From Octopus sinensis (taxonomy: Eukaryota), in contig NC_043003.1 in the NCBI RefSeq assembly GCF_006345805.1, positions 79,484,001 through 79,548,000 of the forward strand: DNA of 64,000 nucleotides, read 5' to 3'. Every line of letters starts with the position of its first letter. Within the stretch, counting starts at the first letter, position 1. The position numbers and the translations under genes are program-made. Below the pieces are notes generated by a model. It was not told the origin of the DNA. It searched no databases and saw only the letters and a program-made list of their open reading frames with translations. This document shows, one piece after another, positions 11,984 to 26,150 of this stretch.

Positions 11984-12190
11984 ATAAATATTAAAAAATT
12001 AAAAGTTTAAAAATTAAAAAATTTAAAATTAAAAAAAAAATTATAAATATAAATTTTAAATTTTAAATTTAAATAATTTAATTTTATATATTTTGTATAT
12101 TATATTAATTATATTTATTTTTATGTTTTGGTTTATGTTTTTCACTGTTTGATTTGCCTAATAGTGGTTTTATCTCTAATTTAATTTATA
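11590..12190. repeat. AT-rich foldback palindrome (about 290-bp arms)
   Basis: ttagagataaaaccactattaggcaaatcaaacagtgaaaaacataaaa mirrored at 12135-12185. Inner arms taactatcaaaaaggtattaaaaagttt mirrored around a centre near 11900. Confidence 0.85.
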
Positions 12191-12874
12191 TATATATATA
12201 TAGATCCCTTTCATCCTTTCGGGGTCAATAAATTAAGTATCAGTGAATCACTGGGGTCGTCCAAAATTTCAGGCCTTATGCCTATAGTAGAAAAGATTAT
12301 TATTATTATTATCATTATTATTATTATGGCCGCCATACAGGGAAGACGTACTAAGTTGGAGTTCCGTAATTTGTGTTTAATCAAGTGTTCCGGCTGGTTA
12401 CAGCCCGTTCAGTCAAATATTATTGTTTTTAAAACTGCTTTGCTTGCATTGTCATGATCGCGGTGGAAACAGTTCTGTGCAATTACACACCGCAAATAGG
12501 GTGTGTAACTCAGTAATATTTATTTTGTATTTTTTGTCAAATCAAGAATTTATATAATTTTCCAATTTTTAAAAGATGTCGGAATAAGACAAAATAATCA
12601 TAATCGACGGTGAGCAGCGTTCGGTAGACTGATTTTAAATACAGAATGCAGCCGCGGCTGGTGTTAAAATTGATTTATCGTCGAAAAGAAATAGAATTTC
12701 ATCTTGTTGCTATGAGGGCAGTAACAAGTGTGATGATACTAGCAGCAGCAAAGACAGTGAAAATAACAACAACAACAACGACGACGACGACAACGATGGC
12801 CACAACAGCAGTAGCGATAATGTGAACAGCAGCATTAGCATAAACATCAGAAGCAACAATAATAGCAACTCTAT

Positions 12875-13135
12875 CAATACCTATTTCTTTACTACCCACA
12901 AGGGGCTAAACAGAGAGGACAAACAAAGACAGACAAACGGATTAAGTCGATTATATCGATCCCAGTGCGTAACTGGTACTTATTTAATCGAATCCGAAAG
13001 GATGAAAGGCAAAGTCGACCTAGGCGGAATTTGAACTCAGAACGTAACCACAGACGAAATACCTATTTCTTTACTACCCACAAGGGGCTAAACACAGAGA
13101 GGACAAACAAGGACAGACAAACGGATTATCAACTG
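12875..13135 (-). mobile_element. SINE family A (dimer-like)
   Basis: Reverse complement of core and tail modules (tatttctttactacccacaaggggctaaacac... present twice). Confidence 0.85.
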
Positions 13136-13339
13136 TATCAATAACATCAGCAACAACATGAGCAACAAGATCGTAAACAGCAACAACATGAACAAAAAGA
13201 TTGAAAACAACAACAACAACAGCAACAATAACAACAGCGAAAGAACAATGTCTTTTCGAGAAAAATCTATGGAAAACAACCACAACAGCAGCAGTTGCAG
13301 TAGCAGCAATAATGCCAAAAAAAGAACCACAACAATGCT

Positions 13340-13627
13340 AGCCTATCCCGCTCAAAAGGTCCCTGAAATAGGTTTGTTTAAGGATGATGAATGAAACACC
13401 CAAGTCATGGCTATGACGCTCCCTTACTACTTTTGCTCGTGATCAGAGATGCACATATCGTCAGCCACCAAAAGACATGTTCAACTGGTTAAAATCAAAC
13501 AACTTACAAACAAATCTGTGGCATTGAACAGAGTATTTACTGTAGCTCATCTTTTATACCAAGACAAAGCAATGTACATAACATTTCCAATCAGTTAAGA
13601 TTAGAAGCCATGACAGCCACTGTCTGA
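13340..13627. repeat. Solo copy of the repeat forming the 3' end of the R4/Dong element
   Basis: Aligns by eye with 15817-16110 (cccgctcaaaa...gatcagagatgcacatat...ccaatcagttaagat). Confidence 0.75.
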
Positions 13628-13654
13628 TTTATTATTATTATTATTATTATTATT

Positions 13655-13940
13655 GATACACCTGTGAAAAATTAAAAGGAACTATAAAAGGAGAAAGGGG
13701 TTCTCTACCCCCTCCCCACCTTTTGACCAGGCTCCCGTGGCTTTTATGGGTTTTTCCACGAGTAACCTTTCGAAGCGCCTCCCCCCTTTCGGGAGTTTTA
13801 ATTGTTACTTACACTTCGTTGTTATCCTGCTTTTGTACATGGACTTTTTCAAACAGACAAAACCCTTTGTAACTTTCGTCCTGTGTTTTGTCCCTTTATT
13901 TTTCAATTGATTTTTGTTAGCCCTTGTGGCCAATAAACGA

Positions 13941-13942
<2 letters not shown>
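13655..13942 (+). mobile_element. Probable Tx1-like LINE 3' UTR fragment in a (TAT)n tract
   Basis: Ends ttagcccttgtggccaataaa, like the Tx1 tail at 57825-57844. The internal ggcttttatgggtttttccacg resembles ggcttttctttccacg at 57652-57667. Confidence 0.5.
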
Positions 13943-13983
<41 letters not shown>

Positions 13984-13989
13984 TTATTA

Positions 13990-14741
13990 TTATTATTATT
14001 ATTATTATTTTCAGGATCGGTAAATTAAATACAAGTGATGTAATCGACTAATCCCCTCACCCTAAATTTCATGCCTTGTGCCTTTAATAGAAAGGATTAT
14101 TATCATTATTAAGGTAGCGTGCTGGCAGAGTCGTTAGCACGCCTGGCGAAATGCTTAGCGGCATTTCGTCTGTCTACGTTCTGAGTTCGAATTCCACAGA
14201 GGTCTACTTACCTTTCATCCTTTTGGGGGTCAATGAAATAAATACCAGTTGAATACAGGAGTCGATATAATCGACTAGACCCTATCCCCAAATTTCAGGC
14301 CTTGTGCCTTTAGTTGAAAAGATTATTATTATTATTATTATCACTATTATTGTTAAGGCCAGAAACGTTAGCACGCCGGATGAAATGCTAAGCGGTATTT
14401 CGTCTGTCGCTAAGTTCTGAGTTCAAATTCCTCCGACGTCGACTTTGCCTTTCATCCTTTCGGGGTCGATTAAATAAGTACCACTTACGCACTGGGGTCG
14501 ATATAATCGACTTAATTCGCTTGTCTGTCCTTGTTTGTCCCTTCTGTGTTTAGCCCCTTGTAAGTTGTAAAGAATAGGTATTTCGTCTGTCTTTACGTTC
14601 TGAGTTCAAATTCCGTCGAGATCGACTTTGCTTCTCATCCTTTCGAGATCGATAATTAAGTACCAGCGAAACACGAGGGTCGATGCAATCGACTAGTCCC
14701 CTCCCGCTAAAATTTCATGCCTTGTGCCTTTAGTAGAAAGA

Positions 14742-14818
<77 letters not shown>

Positions 14819-15552
14819 TTCAGGATCGGTAAATTAAATACAAGTGATGTAATCGACTAATCCCCTCACCCTAAATTTCATGCCTTGTGCCTTTAATAGA
14901 AAGGATTATTATCATTATTAAGGTAGCGTGCTGGCAGAGTCGTTAGCACGCCTGGCGAAATGCTTAGCGGCATTTCGTCTGTCTACGTTCTGAGTTCGAA
15001 TTCCACAGAGGTCTACTTACCTTTCATCCTTTTGGGGGTCAATGAAATAAATACCAGTTGAATACAGGAGTCGATATAATCGACTAGACCCTATCCCCAA
15101 ATTTCAGGCCTTGTGCCTTTAGTTGAAAAGATTATTATTATTATTATTATCACTATTATTGTTAAGGCCAGAAACGTTAGCACGCCGGATGAAATGCTAA
15201 GCGGTATTTCGTCTGTCGCTAAGTTCTGAGTTCAAATTCCTCCGACGTCGACTTTGCCTTTCATCCTTTCGGGGTCGATTAAATAAGTACCACTTACGCA
15301 CTGGGGTCGATATAATCGACTTAATTCGCTTGTCTGTCCTTGTTTGTCCCTTCTGTGTTTAGCCCCTTGTAAGTTGTAAAGAAATAGGTATTTCGTCTGT
15401 CTTTACGTTCTGAGTTCAAATTCCGTCGAGATCGACTTTGCTTCTCATCCTTTCGAGATCGATAAATTAAGTACCAGCGAAACACGAGGGTCGATGCAAT
15501 CGACTAGTCCCCTCCCGCTAAAATTTCATGCCTTGTGCCTTTAGTAGAAAGA

Positions 15553-15609
<57 letters not shown>

Positions 15610-15610
15610 G
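13990..15610 (+). repeat. Tandem duplication with 809-bp period, built from SINE family A modules and (TAT)n
   Basis: caggatcggtaaattaaatac begins at both 14012 and 14821; the units are near-identical. Confidence 0.95.
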
Positions 15611-17400
15611 AATGAGAGAGCAGTGCATGCCATCAAAGTGACACTGGGGTAAAATATACGAAGCCCAGTAAACCCATCATGACTGCCCGTCTGATAAGGG
15701 TACACTAGGCACATGCATCACAACCATATGTGCGCGACATGGTGATCTCATATCAAGATAAACAGTACATGACCTTGCAGGTGGGGCCCAGTTAGAATTT
15801 TCTTCTGGTCAAGTAACCCATCCCGCTCAAAATTTCCCTGAATATGGGTTGTTTAAGGATGTTGAATGAAACACCCTTGTTTCCAGAGGTGAATTATTTA
15901 AACCCCAAAGAATTCCTCTCAACATATGGCTATGATGCTCCCCAACTACTTCTGCTCGTGATCAGAGATGCACATATCATCAGCCACAAAGGGACATGGT
16001 CAACTGGTTAAGGTCGAACAACTGTGGCATTGAACAGAATATTTTCTGTAACCCATCTGTTATATACGAAGACAAAACAATATACATGATAACACTTCCA
16101 ATCAGTTAAGATCAGGTATTGCTTTAGTCTTCAGCTTCCACATTTTGTTGATTTCTATTTCAAGATCTTTATATTTGCTCAGTTTTTGGTAGGTCTTGAC
16201 AGATACGTTTATATCGATTGGGACAGTCATATCAATGAGGAGGCATGTTCTTTGTCTGAAGTCTTTCAATATGATGTCTGGCCTATTTGCATCTATCTTC
16301 CTGTCAGTTTGAATGGTGAAGTTCCAGAGGAGTGAGATGTGGTCATTTTCAAGCACTGGGGGTGGATTGTGTTCCCACCAGTTTTTTTCATGGGGCAAAT
16401 CCAGGTTTTTTCAAATTACCCAGTGAATATATTGTGCAGCTCTATCATGCCTATTGAGGTACTCTGTAGGCGCTAGAAGACTGCATTTGGAGACAACATG
16501 ATCAATGGTTTCATTTTGTTGTCGGCATACACAACATGTTGGGCTACTGCCGTTCTTTAATATGTTGGCCTGGTAGTTTCTTGTTGGTAGGCATTGATCT
16601 TGAGCTGCTATGATAAACCCCTCTGTTTCAGATTTTAAGCCAGAGGCCATTAGCCATTGATGGGTCAGGGCTTTGTCGATATCTGCATTATTCGCTCTCT
16701 TTGGGTATTTGCCATAGAGATGTTTTTCTTGCCATTTATTATTCAGAATATCTAAGGCCGCAGTTTTGGCACGGGTTTTCATGCGCCTAGCTTTTTCTGT
16801 GCTTGTTTCTTGTATGTCTATCTCTAATTCCGAAATTGGTTGTATTCGGAATTCACTTAGATATTCCTTTGCCTGTTTTGTGACTGAGTATGATGCTTTC
16901 TTGTTTTCATGTTTTGAGACAAGTTTTAACATCCAGTCCTCAGAGTTTTTCAGGTAGGTGTCTAGGCCAATTGTAGCAATCTTCATTGTTATTGCCAGTT
17001 GCAAAAGACCACGGCCTCCCTCTTTTCTTGGCAGATAGAGTCGTTCTGTATCTGCCTTAGGGTGGTGCATTCTATGCATTGTCAACAGTTTCCTTATTTT
17101 TCTGTCGAGCTGACATATTTCAGTAATTGACCAGTGAACAATATTGAAACTGTAAGTCACGACTGGTATGGCTAATGCATTGATCGCTTCGATCCTGTTT
17201 CTTGCATTCAGCTCTGTCTTGAGTATTGCTCTCACTCTTCGATATCATTCTCTCCTGATCCTTTCCTTCATCTCTGAATGCCTTATTCCGTTCCCTTCAA
17301 GTACCCCTAGGTACTTGTAGCTCTTCGCTGGGTCTAGTTCTTTTATGACATTCTGCTGGTCAAGGTTAACGTTAGATGTTTCTGTCATTTTCCCTTTGAT
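15610..17400 (-). mobile_element. R4/Dong-clade non-LTR retrotransposon (restriction-like endonuclease), 5'-truncated
   Basis: RLYLPRKEGGRGL, ETEGFIIAAQDQ, CCHC knuckle CCVCRQQNETIDHVVSKC, RHD, and RLE motifs NRPDII...IDMTVP...KLSKYKDL. Flanked on both sides by (TAA)n. Confidence 0.92.
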
Positions 17401-17401
17401 A

Positions 17402-17760
<359 letters not shown>

Positions 17761-18041
17761 TAACTCTACTTACCTATCTGTCCACCATGGCATCAAATTC
17801 CTTTTGTGCTACAGCATTACATCTCCTTCATTCTTTGGTCCCTTAAGTTCACTATACTAAAACATAGTAATTAAACGCTCCTACTCTATCCATTTAACTA
17901 TTTATTTGTATCTATATTTACCCTCGATTTACTTTCGATTTATCATCTTTATTATTTAATTTTATTCCTTAACTCTCAAAGGGAATATATCTTCATTAAC
18001 AGCACAGATCCTCAAATCTTAATTTTAATTTCTTTTTATCT

Positions 18042-18438
18042 CTCTTTTCTCTTTTACTCTTTTACATGTTTCAGTCACTTGACTGCGGCCATGCTGGAGC
18101 ACCGCCTTTAGTCGAGCAAATCGACCCCGGGACTTATTCTTTGTAAGCCCAGTACCTATTCTATCGGTCTCTTTTGCCGAACCGCTAAGTGACGGGGACG
18201 TAAACACACCAGCATCGGTTGTCAAGCAATGCTAGGGGGACAAACACAGACACACAAACACACACATACATATATATATACGACAGGCTTCTTTCAGTTT
18301 CCGTCTACCAAATCCACTCACAAGGCATTGGTCGGCCCGGGGCTATAGCAGAAGACACTTGCCCAAGATGCCACGCAGTGGGACTGAACCCGGAACCATG
18401 AGGCTCGTTAGCAAGCTACTTACCACACAGCCACTCCT
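18042..18438 (-). mobile_element. tRNA-derived SINE family B, flanked by about 154-bp direct repeats
   Basis: Minus-strand head aggagtggctgtgtggtaagtagc, box-B ggttcagtccc, CORE-like cttgggcaagtgtcttc, tail gcggtgctccagcatggccgcagtc...(agtaaaag)n. Flanks 17888-18041 and 18439-18593 are repeats. Confidence 0.9.
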
Positions 18439-19139
18439 ATCCATTTAATTATTTATTTATATCTATATTTACCCTCGATTTACTTTCGATTTATCATCTT
18501 CATTATTTAATTTTATTCCTTAACTCTCAAAGGGAATATATCTTCATTAACAGCACAGAGCCTCGAATCTTAATTTTAATTTCTTTTTTATCTTTTTATT
18601 TTAATTTTTGAAAATTTTAGTTTTAAATTTTAAATTTTAAATTTTTTTGTTTGCTTGCACGGGCATCTATTTCTCTCACTATAACAACCAAGCTATCCCC
18701 AATTCTCCCTTCCCCTCCATTAATATCTGACTACTTACTATACCAGACTTCTATTATCTTTTTACGACCGCTTTATTACAGCCACTACTCACTCCCTCCT
18801 ATTTGTACCCAACCTGTAGCTCTGACATCTGCTTTCCTTCATCCCTTATTTATTTGTCTTTGCACACGCATCCCCTTAACACTCTGGACAAGAGTATCCC
18901 TGGCTATACCGATTAGTATATATCTAATAGCCAGCATCTGTTTGTGACATAGCTAGCCTTTTGAAATACATGAAGAAGGCCAGCTGAGTGAATTGGACGT
19001 GAAATAATATGTCTTATTCAAGGACACAACATGTCACCAGGAATTAAACTCACCACCTTACAATTCTGAGCCGAATACCCTAACCACTAAGTCACGCTCC
19101 CCCCACAAACACATATTTATATACAGAGACACGTAGAGC

Positions 19140-19173
<34 letters not shown>

Positions 19174-19740
19174 GAATACAAAAAATGGGATAAGAACGCA
19201 AAACATCCAGTTAGATGATGCAAAAAAGAGACAACAAAACATCCAGGCAGATGATACAAAAAAGGGACAAGAAAAAACAAGGACGGGTCATTTGGAGTTT
19301 TCTTTCCTCAGTCGAATTCCAGATAATCTTTGCAATTTCGGCTGGTTATACTCGAGATTGATCCAATCTCGCCAGCCCCAAGGAAAAACTAAGCTAAGAG
19401 CACTAGAATCATTGGAAGAAAGCAGCGAATGGATACGAAAATAAGGACAAAAAACCGGAGAAATGGTATACAAATACAAATGCAAATAACAGGACATTAG
19501 CAACAGGTGTCTTTCGACTAAGGACGAATTCAATTAAGCTGATGTGTCCCAAAGAAATGTATATACACTTTAACAGCTGATAACTCAACTGATGTGTTTT
19601 CTTTCCAGATTAAACCCATTGGAATTTATGATGGCAGTCAGCTTAAGCTTTGAACAAAGGAAACTCATTCTAAAATGCTACTGGAAGTGTGAAAACGTAG
19701 TCGAAGTGTAAAGACAGTTTAGGTGGGAATTTCAAACATA

Positions 19741-19831
<91 letters not shown>

Positions 19832-20544
19832 ATGCTTGTATACTCACACACACGCATGTATATATAAGCGCAGGCGTGGCTGTGTGATAAGATGAGCTAA
19901 CTTGTCAACCACAAGGTTCTGGGTTCAGTTAACTGGGTGGCACCTTGGGCAAGTGTTTTCTACTATGGAAACTGAAAGAAGCCCGTTGTATACACACACA
20001 CACACACACAAGAAGACATGTATATCGCTAATATAAATGTCTGTAGTACGTCTTTAAAATCTGTACTTTCCTTCAAATATCTTGGTAATAGGCAATATTT
20101 AAAACAGGGATGCGAGCCTAGAATCCAGACGTCTTGATCTTTTTGTAATATAAAATCACCAGAGTGGCCTAAACCATGCATACTAAATGACGCTAAAATT
20201 TCACTTAAAAATGTATTTTGTCTTCTTGTGTGTGTGTATGTGAGTATACAAGCATATATATATATATATATACGCACACACATATATATATGTATGTGTA
20301 TATACGTATAAATATATGTATATCGCTAATATAAGTGTTATAGTACGTCTTTAAAATCTGTACTTTTCTTCAAATATCTTGGTAATAGGCAATATTTAAA
20401 ACAGGGATGCGAGCCTAGATGGGGTGACTGTAAATAGAATCCAGACATCATGTTGATCTTGTAATATAAAATCACCACAGTGGCCTAAACCATGCATACT
20501 AAATGACGCTAAAATTTCACTTAAAAATGATTTTTGTCTTCTTA

Positions 20545-20656
<112 letters not shown>

Positions 20657-20818
20657 CACGACGGGCTTCATTCAGTTTCCATAGTAGAAAACACTTGACC
20701 AAGGTGCCACGCAGTCGGACTGAACCCGGAACCGTGTGGTCGACAAGTTAGCTCATCTTATCACACAGCCACGCCTGCGCTTATATACATGTGTGTGTGT
20801 GTATGTGAGTATGCAAGC

Positions 20819-20853
<35 letters not shown>

Positions 20854-20875
20854 ATGTATATATATGTATATGTAT

Positions 20876-20977
<102 letters not shown>

Positions 20978-20984
20978 AAGTTAA

Positions 20985-21175
20985 TCCAAACAAGAAAGCA
21001 CAAAAAAACACAACAACGCGAGGACGTGGAACAAATATAGTATTATTGGACGCTCAGGAAAGAAGGAGGGTTTAACGTTTCGAGCGGAGCTCTTCGTCGG
21101 AAACATAGGAGAAGGAAAGATCTAGAGAAGGGAAGATAGAGGAAAAAAAATCGCCAACGGTACACACGAGGTCAC
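20985..21175 (-). mobile_element. Short non-coding element with a hammerhead-like motif (21070-21104)
   Basis: GUUU-CCGACGA-A-GAGC-UCC-GCUC-GAAAC-GUU-AAAC. Homologous to 62625-62820. Confidence 0.65.
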
Positions 21176-22048
21176 GTGTATGTAGTACGTCTTTAGAAAC
21201 TGTACTTTCCTTCAAATATCTTGGTAATAGGTAATATTTAAAACAGGGATGCGAGCCTAGATGGGGTGACTGTGAATAGAATCCAGACGTCTTGTTGATC
21301 TTGTAATATAAAATCACCACAGTGGCCTAAACCATGCATACTAAATGACGCTTAAATGTCACTTAAGAATGTATTTTGTCTGCTTTGTTGCATGATTGTG
21401 AAACATGGAGATTATATTAGTAAAACATGGAGCGTTTTCAGCTAAAGTGTCTTTGCATATATTTTGGAGAGACTTTGTGAATGATGTTCAAGTCTTGAAG
21501 ACAGCAAATGTCATAAGCATAGAATATCTCTTGTGACAGAGAAGACTGAGGTGAGCAAGCCACGTAGTTCGTACTGAAGATGGAGAACTATATTCTAAAG
21601 TGTGGCTTTACATATCGAAGTTAAAATGCGATTTCTTTAAATCAGATCGGAAGAAAGTGTGGAAAGTTTGGAAACTATTGTAGTCAATAGAAAATAAAGG
21701 AAAAATAATATATTGAATGACGTATATTTGCCATTTAAATATGGCTAACCCCTAAGGGTGGATGCTACTATAGTTTGTAGCCCCAGGAGGACACCTCCTC
21801 CAGCTGGCTATAGACACAGTTTCTGTGCCCTATCAGTATTTGCAAAGGGAAGCCATCCTTTCCGTCTTCAATGCGTTCATGCATTTTGAAAGATTCGCAT
21901 TAACAATGTAAAATGAAAATGAAATGCACAAAACTCCTTTAAGAGACAATAATCATTTTAAATGCCCAGCTTGAAATCTAGGTTGCTTCAATTTTTAACA
22001 ACTTCCAATAATATATTTGCATCTTTAATTAATCACATGAAATATTTA

Positions 22049-22802
22049 CCGTATTTGATGGCATATAAAATGCATCTTTTTCCCCAAAAGTTTCTCAAAA
22101 AATTACCTCGGTTCTATTCGCGAATTTGAGCTTTCCTCTCATTTTCATTTCGTCCTTGACTCTCACTACAACAGACTAATTTTAATTCAGACGGTCTCTT
22201 CTACCTAGACTGACTCAAAAATAACATTTAGTTTTTACTTATATACGGTTGTGCTTTCTTCTATAGCTAAGGCACCTTTGTTGTTTTATAGTGTACTGCT
22301 AGATTGCTTTACTGCATTGTAGCAGGAATATTCAGCCGTCACCCGATGTCTCGATTCGCTAGAATAGGCCACAGCGATGATCACATGTTTTGGCGCACTT
22401 CTGGGGTCTATCAACCTGTATAAATTCGACACACTGTGACTACTAGACAGAGATCTTTGGGACGCAGCAGAAAAAAGCATTGACAGACACTATAGGTTTT
22501 GGCCATCAGATACGGTGGACAGCAGCTGACGACACAAAGGCAATGAACAGTCGGGGAACGAATGACATTAGAAGTTAGTAGCTAACAAGCAACTAACAAC
22601 GCTTTATCAGCTGCTACAACCACACCTTGAACAAAAACTCTCTCGACGTTTCTTCGTTCGTAGTAACATCATTCGTTTTTTGTTTACGAAAAGAATAAAA
22701 TTTTATTTATCAAAAATCTCAACAGCACTATAAACTTTTTGCAGCTGCTAAAATTTAGGTGCGTCTAATATGTCCGTACATCTTTTATGCTATCAAATAT
22801 GA
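22049..22802. mobile_element. pogo/Tigger-like non-autonomous DNA element
   Basis: TA|ccgtatttgatggcatataaaa ... ttttatgctatcaaatatga|TA: imperfect TIRs with TA duplication. Confidence 0.65.
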
Positions 22803-24094
22803 TAAATATTATTGCTGGGGCTGCCTGCAAGAAAAAGCGTGGGCTAAAACTACGCACCTTCACTAGTCAGTTAAGGTGAGACAGTGTCACGTGACAACTT
22901 GCTGGGGTTGCCTTCTGGAGCCTATGCGGCAGGTATTTAAAGAGAGAAATTTGACAAGACAGTCAGTCACCGGCTGACACTCGCTGACGATACATCGAAG
23001 AGGCCAGGGAACAGAAGAAAGAAGACATGCACCCAACACCAGAGCTGAAGACACCTCCGAAAGGGGGGCCCCGCAACGTCAAAACGGTAGAGGAGTAGGG
23101 GCCGAAACCGGACGTGGTTCCTCCTGATGATGTCTTGAGCTAACTGGATCCTATAAAGGAGCTGTTGTGGTAGCAGACCACGAAACAGGGTCGTAATTCC
23201 TCCATATTACCCCAGATTGCCAATTTACAGTTAGGGATAACAATATAGAAGAAATGACAAAACAGTTACGTTTAAATGGTTGGTTATGCAGTAGAGTCAA
23301 CAGGGATCTTAAGAAATCTAAAGGGAAGATAGTTTTTACACATTTTCAGCACCTGCTAATGGTTGTAAGTGTAATTTTGCATTCAACAGCAGAATGTAAA
23401 AGAACTTTCAGTTGTATTAATTTTTCTTCACCGCGTGCAAGACTTTCAAATAATTACCTTTCATCTCTTCCATTTATTTCGTTCGTAGGTGGGAGGAAGA
23501 CTTATCTGACAAAATCTAACTCCGAAGGATATTGAAGACATTACATCTTTGTGGCAGAAAATTTACTAAAATATAGCATGAAGAAAGTAAAAAGAGGTGA
23601 TACAGGAAAATGATTTTTTTCACGATATTTCATTGAATCACAGTTTAATAACAAAGAAATAAAGAAATAGTAAAAAAAAAGAAACAAAAATGGTGAGGAT
23701 TAAGCAGAAGAGGGATGGATCAAACACCCAAGAACAAACGGCGGACTCAGTCGCGCCCTGCGATTATGACTGCGATGACGTCGCAGCGGAGAATGGCCAA
23801 AGACACTCGCGCGGCTCATTTCTCAGCCGTTATCCCTATTTTACGGAGGAAATCGGTAGTGTGGGGTTCGAGAACACACGAGCGGTACAAACTGATAGCA
23901 ACCGGTCAGATCCCTATCTTGATTTTTCTTCTTTCTGTGTCACGGGCAGCGATACCCGGATTTAGTTTACGTATGTCTTCTCAGTTTGCACAAATACTTT
24001 TCGACTTTTTCCAGTTATTTCGTAGGTGGACGTAGGTGTCAGGAAGACTTATCTTATAAAAATTTAACTCTTAGGGATATTTGATATCTCTTTT

Positions 24095-24462
24095 ACTCTT
24101 TACTCTTTCACTTGTTTCAGTCATTTGACTGCGGCCATGCTGGAGCACCGCCTTTAATCGAGCAACTCGACCCCGGAACTTATTCTTTTGTAAGCCCAGT
24201 ACTTATTCTATCGGTCTCTTTTGCCGAACGGGGAAGTAAACACCAGCATGCTAGGGGGACAAACACAGACACACACACATATATATACATACATATATAC
24301 GACGGGCTTCTTTCAGTTTCCGTCTACCAAATCCACTCACAAGGCATTGGTCGGCCCGGGGCTATAGCAGAAGACACTTGCCCAAGATGCCACGCAGTGG
24401 GACTGAACCCGGAACCATGTGGTTGGTTAGCAAGCTACTTACCACACAGCCACTCCTGCGCC
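24095..24462 (-). mobile_element. SINE family B
   Basis: Same head, core and tail as the 18042 copy, with an internal deletion. Confidence 0.88.
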
Positions 24463-25581
24463 TATATAAGTTTTAGAAATTCTAAATGTATTTATATTTA
24501 TAGATTCACAGATCATAGCATCTGTGTGTGTATGTGTGTGTGTAAGTCTGCGAAATAGTTGAGTCGTTAGAGATTTGGAAAGAATGCTTCGCGATATTTA
24601 CTCCCACTCTTTGCATATTGCGTTCAAATCTCGACGAGGTAAATTTTTACTTGTCCTTTTGCGGTCGATAAAAATAAAAGAAATTTATGGCGATGGAATG
24701 GCGAAACTGTAAAAACCTAAATAATTTATACAATTTATACATTTTTTTTTTCATTTCATGTTTATTTCATTCATTGTTTGCAATATTCTTCCCCGCTCTC
24801 GCTCTCTCTCTCTCTCTCTCTCTCTTTGTTAAACTGTGCAACTATTTTCTTCCTAACCATCCTGTTAGACTGCTGGCCCGAAATAGGCGACCATCCGGCT
24901 TTCTGGAGCTCAAATTTCATCAGTTATTCTGTACCTCTCCTTCATATTAACACCTCATTAACATTCATAAAGTAATTCCATATTCCATGCCTCACAGTCT
25001 AAAATGATCTCTCGTGACTGTCCCAGATGTATAATATTTCCCAAACTATGCCTCAGATAATAGTTTGTTCTTCAGACTGGAAATATTTAAGCGGTCATCA
25101 GTTGCTGATCTAAAGCCTATATCAGAGTACTGAACAAATATTCGGGGACAGTTCTGGAGTTATTGACATAAACAGCCTAGATCAGTATTTCTCAATCATT
25201 TATTTATTTATAAACCCCTTTGTTTCCTACTTTATTTAGATGGGCCCTCTCCAGTTTTCCTCAACCTTTTTACCCTTGAGTAACCCTTACAATAAATTAC
25301 ATGTCTCAAGGAACTCCTGCATAAAAAAATTATATACCATGAAACTAGATAAAATAAAATAAAATAAAAAAAATATCTTTCTCATATTTTTGTCATCGTA
25401 GTTTCCGTAGTACACATCATAAATATCATATATATTGACGAGTTTCGTTTTTTTCACTTTCCTGAGGAGAAGATTGCATTGTTTATACCATTTATTCTTT
25501 TGAATAGTATCAGTGGAATTTTCGAAACATGTGTCGAAAGTAAAAATATTTGATTACACCTGCGTTAACCCAATTTTTTTA

Positions 25582-25676
<95 letters not shown>

Positions 25677-26004
25677 CGTAAAACATAGGATAGCGATTTA
25701 AAAAAAAAAAATTACTACCAGTGGACTAGCATGTATAAAAAGTCAAATAGACAACATATTCTCAATATAAAATAGTGTACATTTAAACACAAGAGAAACT
25801 ACCCTTTACAGGTAGTTTTATACGCTAGAATAAAAACTTTTAGCTGGTTATTTTTTTACGGTTATACCTAGATTTCAAATTTTATTTAGCAAATAAAATA
25901 ATTTGCTAGGCGAAATTCTCATCAGTAACCGCGCCATAACATTAGCATATAATCTAGAGTCAAATAACACGCGTCTCATCATTATATGTTATAATTTTCC
26001 AAAT

Positions 26005-26150
26005 TAAGTACCAGTGTTTCACTGGTACTTAATTTATCGACCTCAAAAGGAAGAAAGGCAAAGTCGACCTCGGTGGAATTTGAACTCAGAACGTAGCGAA
26101 GGGCGAAATATCGTTAAGCATTTCGTCCAGCGTGCTAACGATTCTGCCAA
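26005..26150 (-). mobile_element. SINE family A fragment
   Basis: aggcaaagtcgacctcggtggaatttgaactcagaacg...gtgctaacgattctgcc. Confidence 0.85.

Noticed and set aside
13990-15610. CRISPR-like or satellite array
   Set aside because: Eukaryotic context; the repeats are SINE modules and a two-unit duplication with no repeat-spacer structure.
19325-19385. Minus-strand GGCUGG...CCAGCC-GAAA resembling hammerhead stem II
   Set aside because: CUGANGA is replaced by CCUUGG and there is no U16.1; at best a dead pLTR relic.
21441-21555. Possible host exon (ttttcag acceptor, gag|gtgagc donor)
   Set aside because: All three frames contain stops and I recognise no homology.
24890-25100. Two minus-strand CUGAUGA motifs (near 24915 and 25095)
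   Set aside because: No properly placed stem II-GAAA-stem III or stem I.
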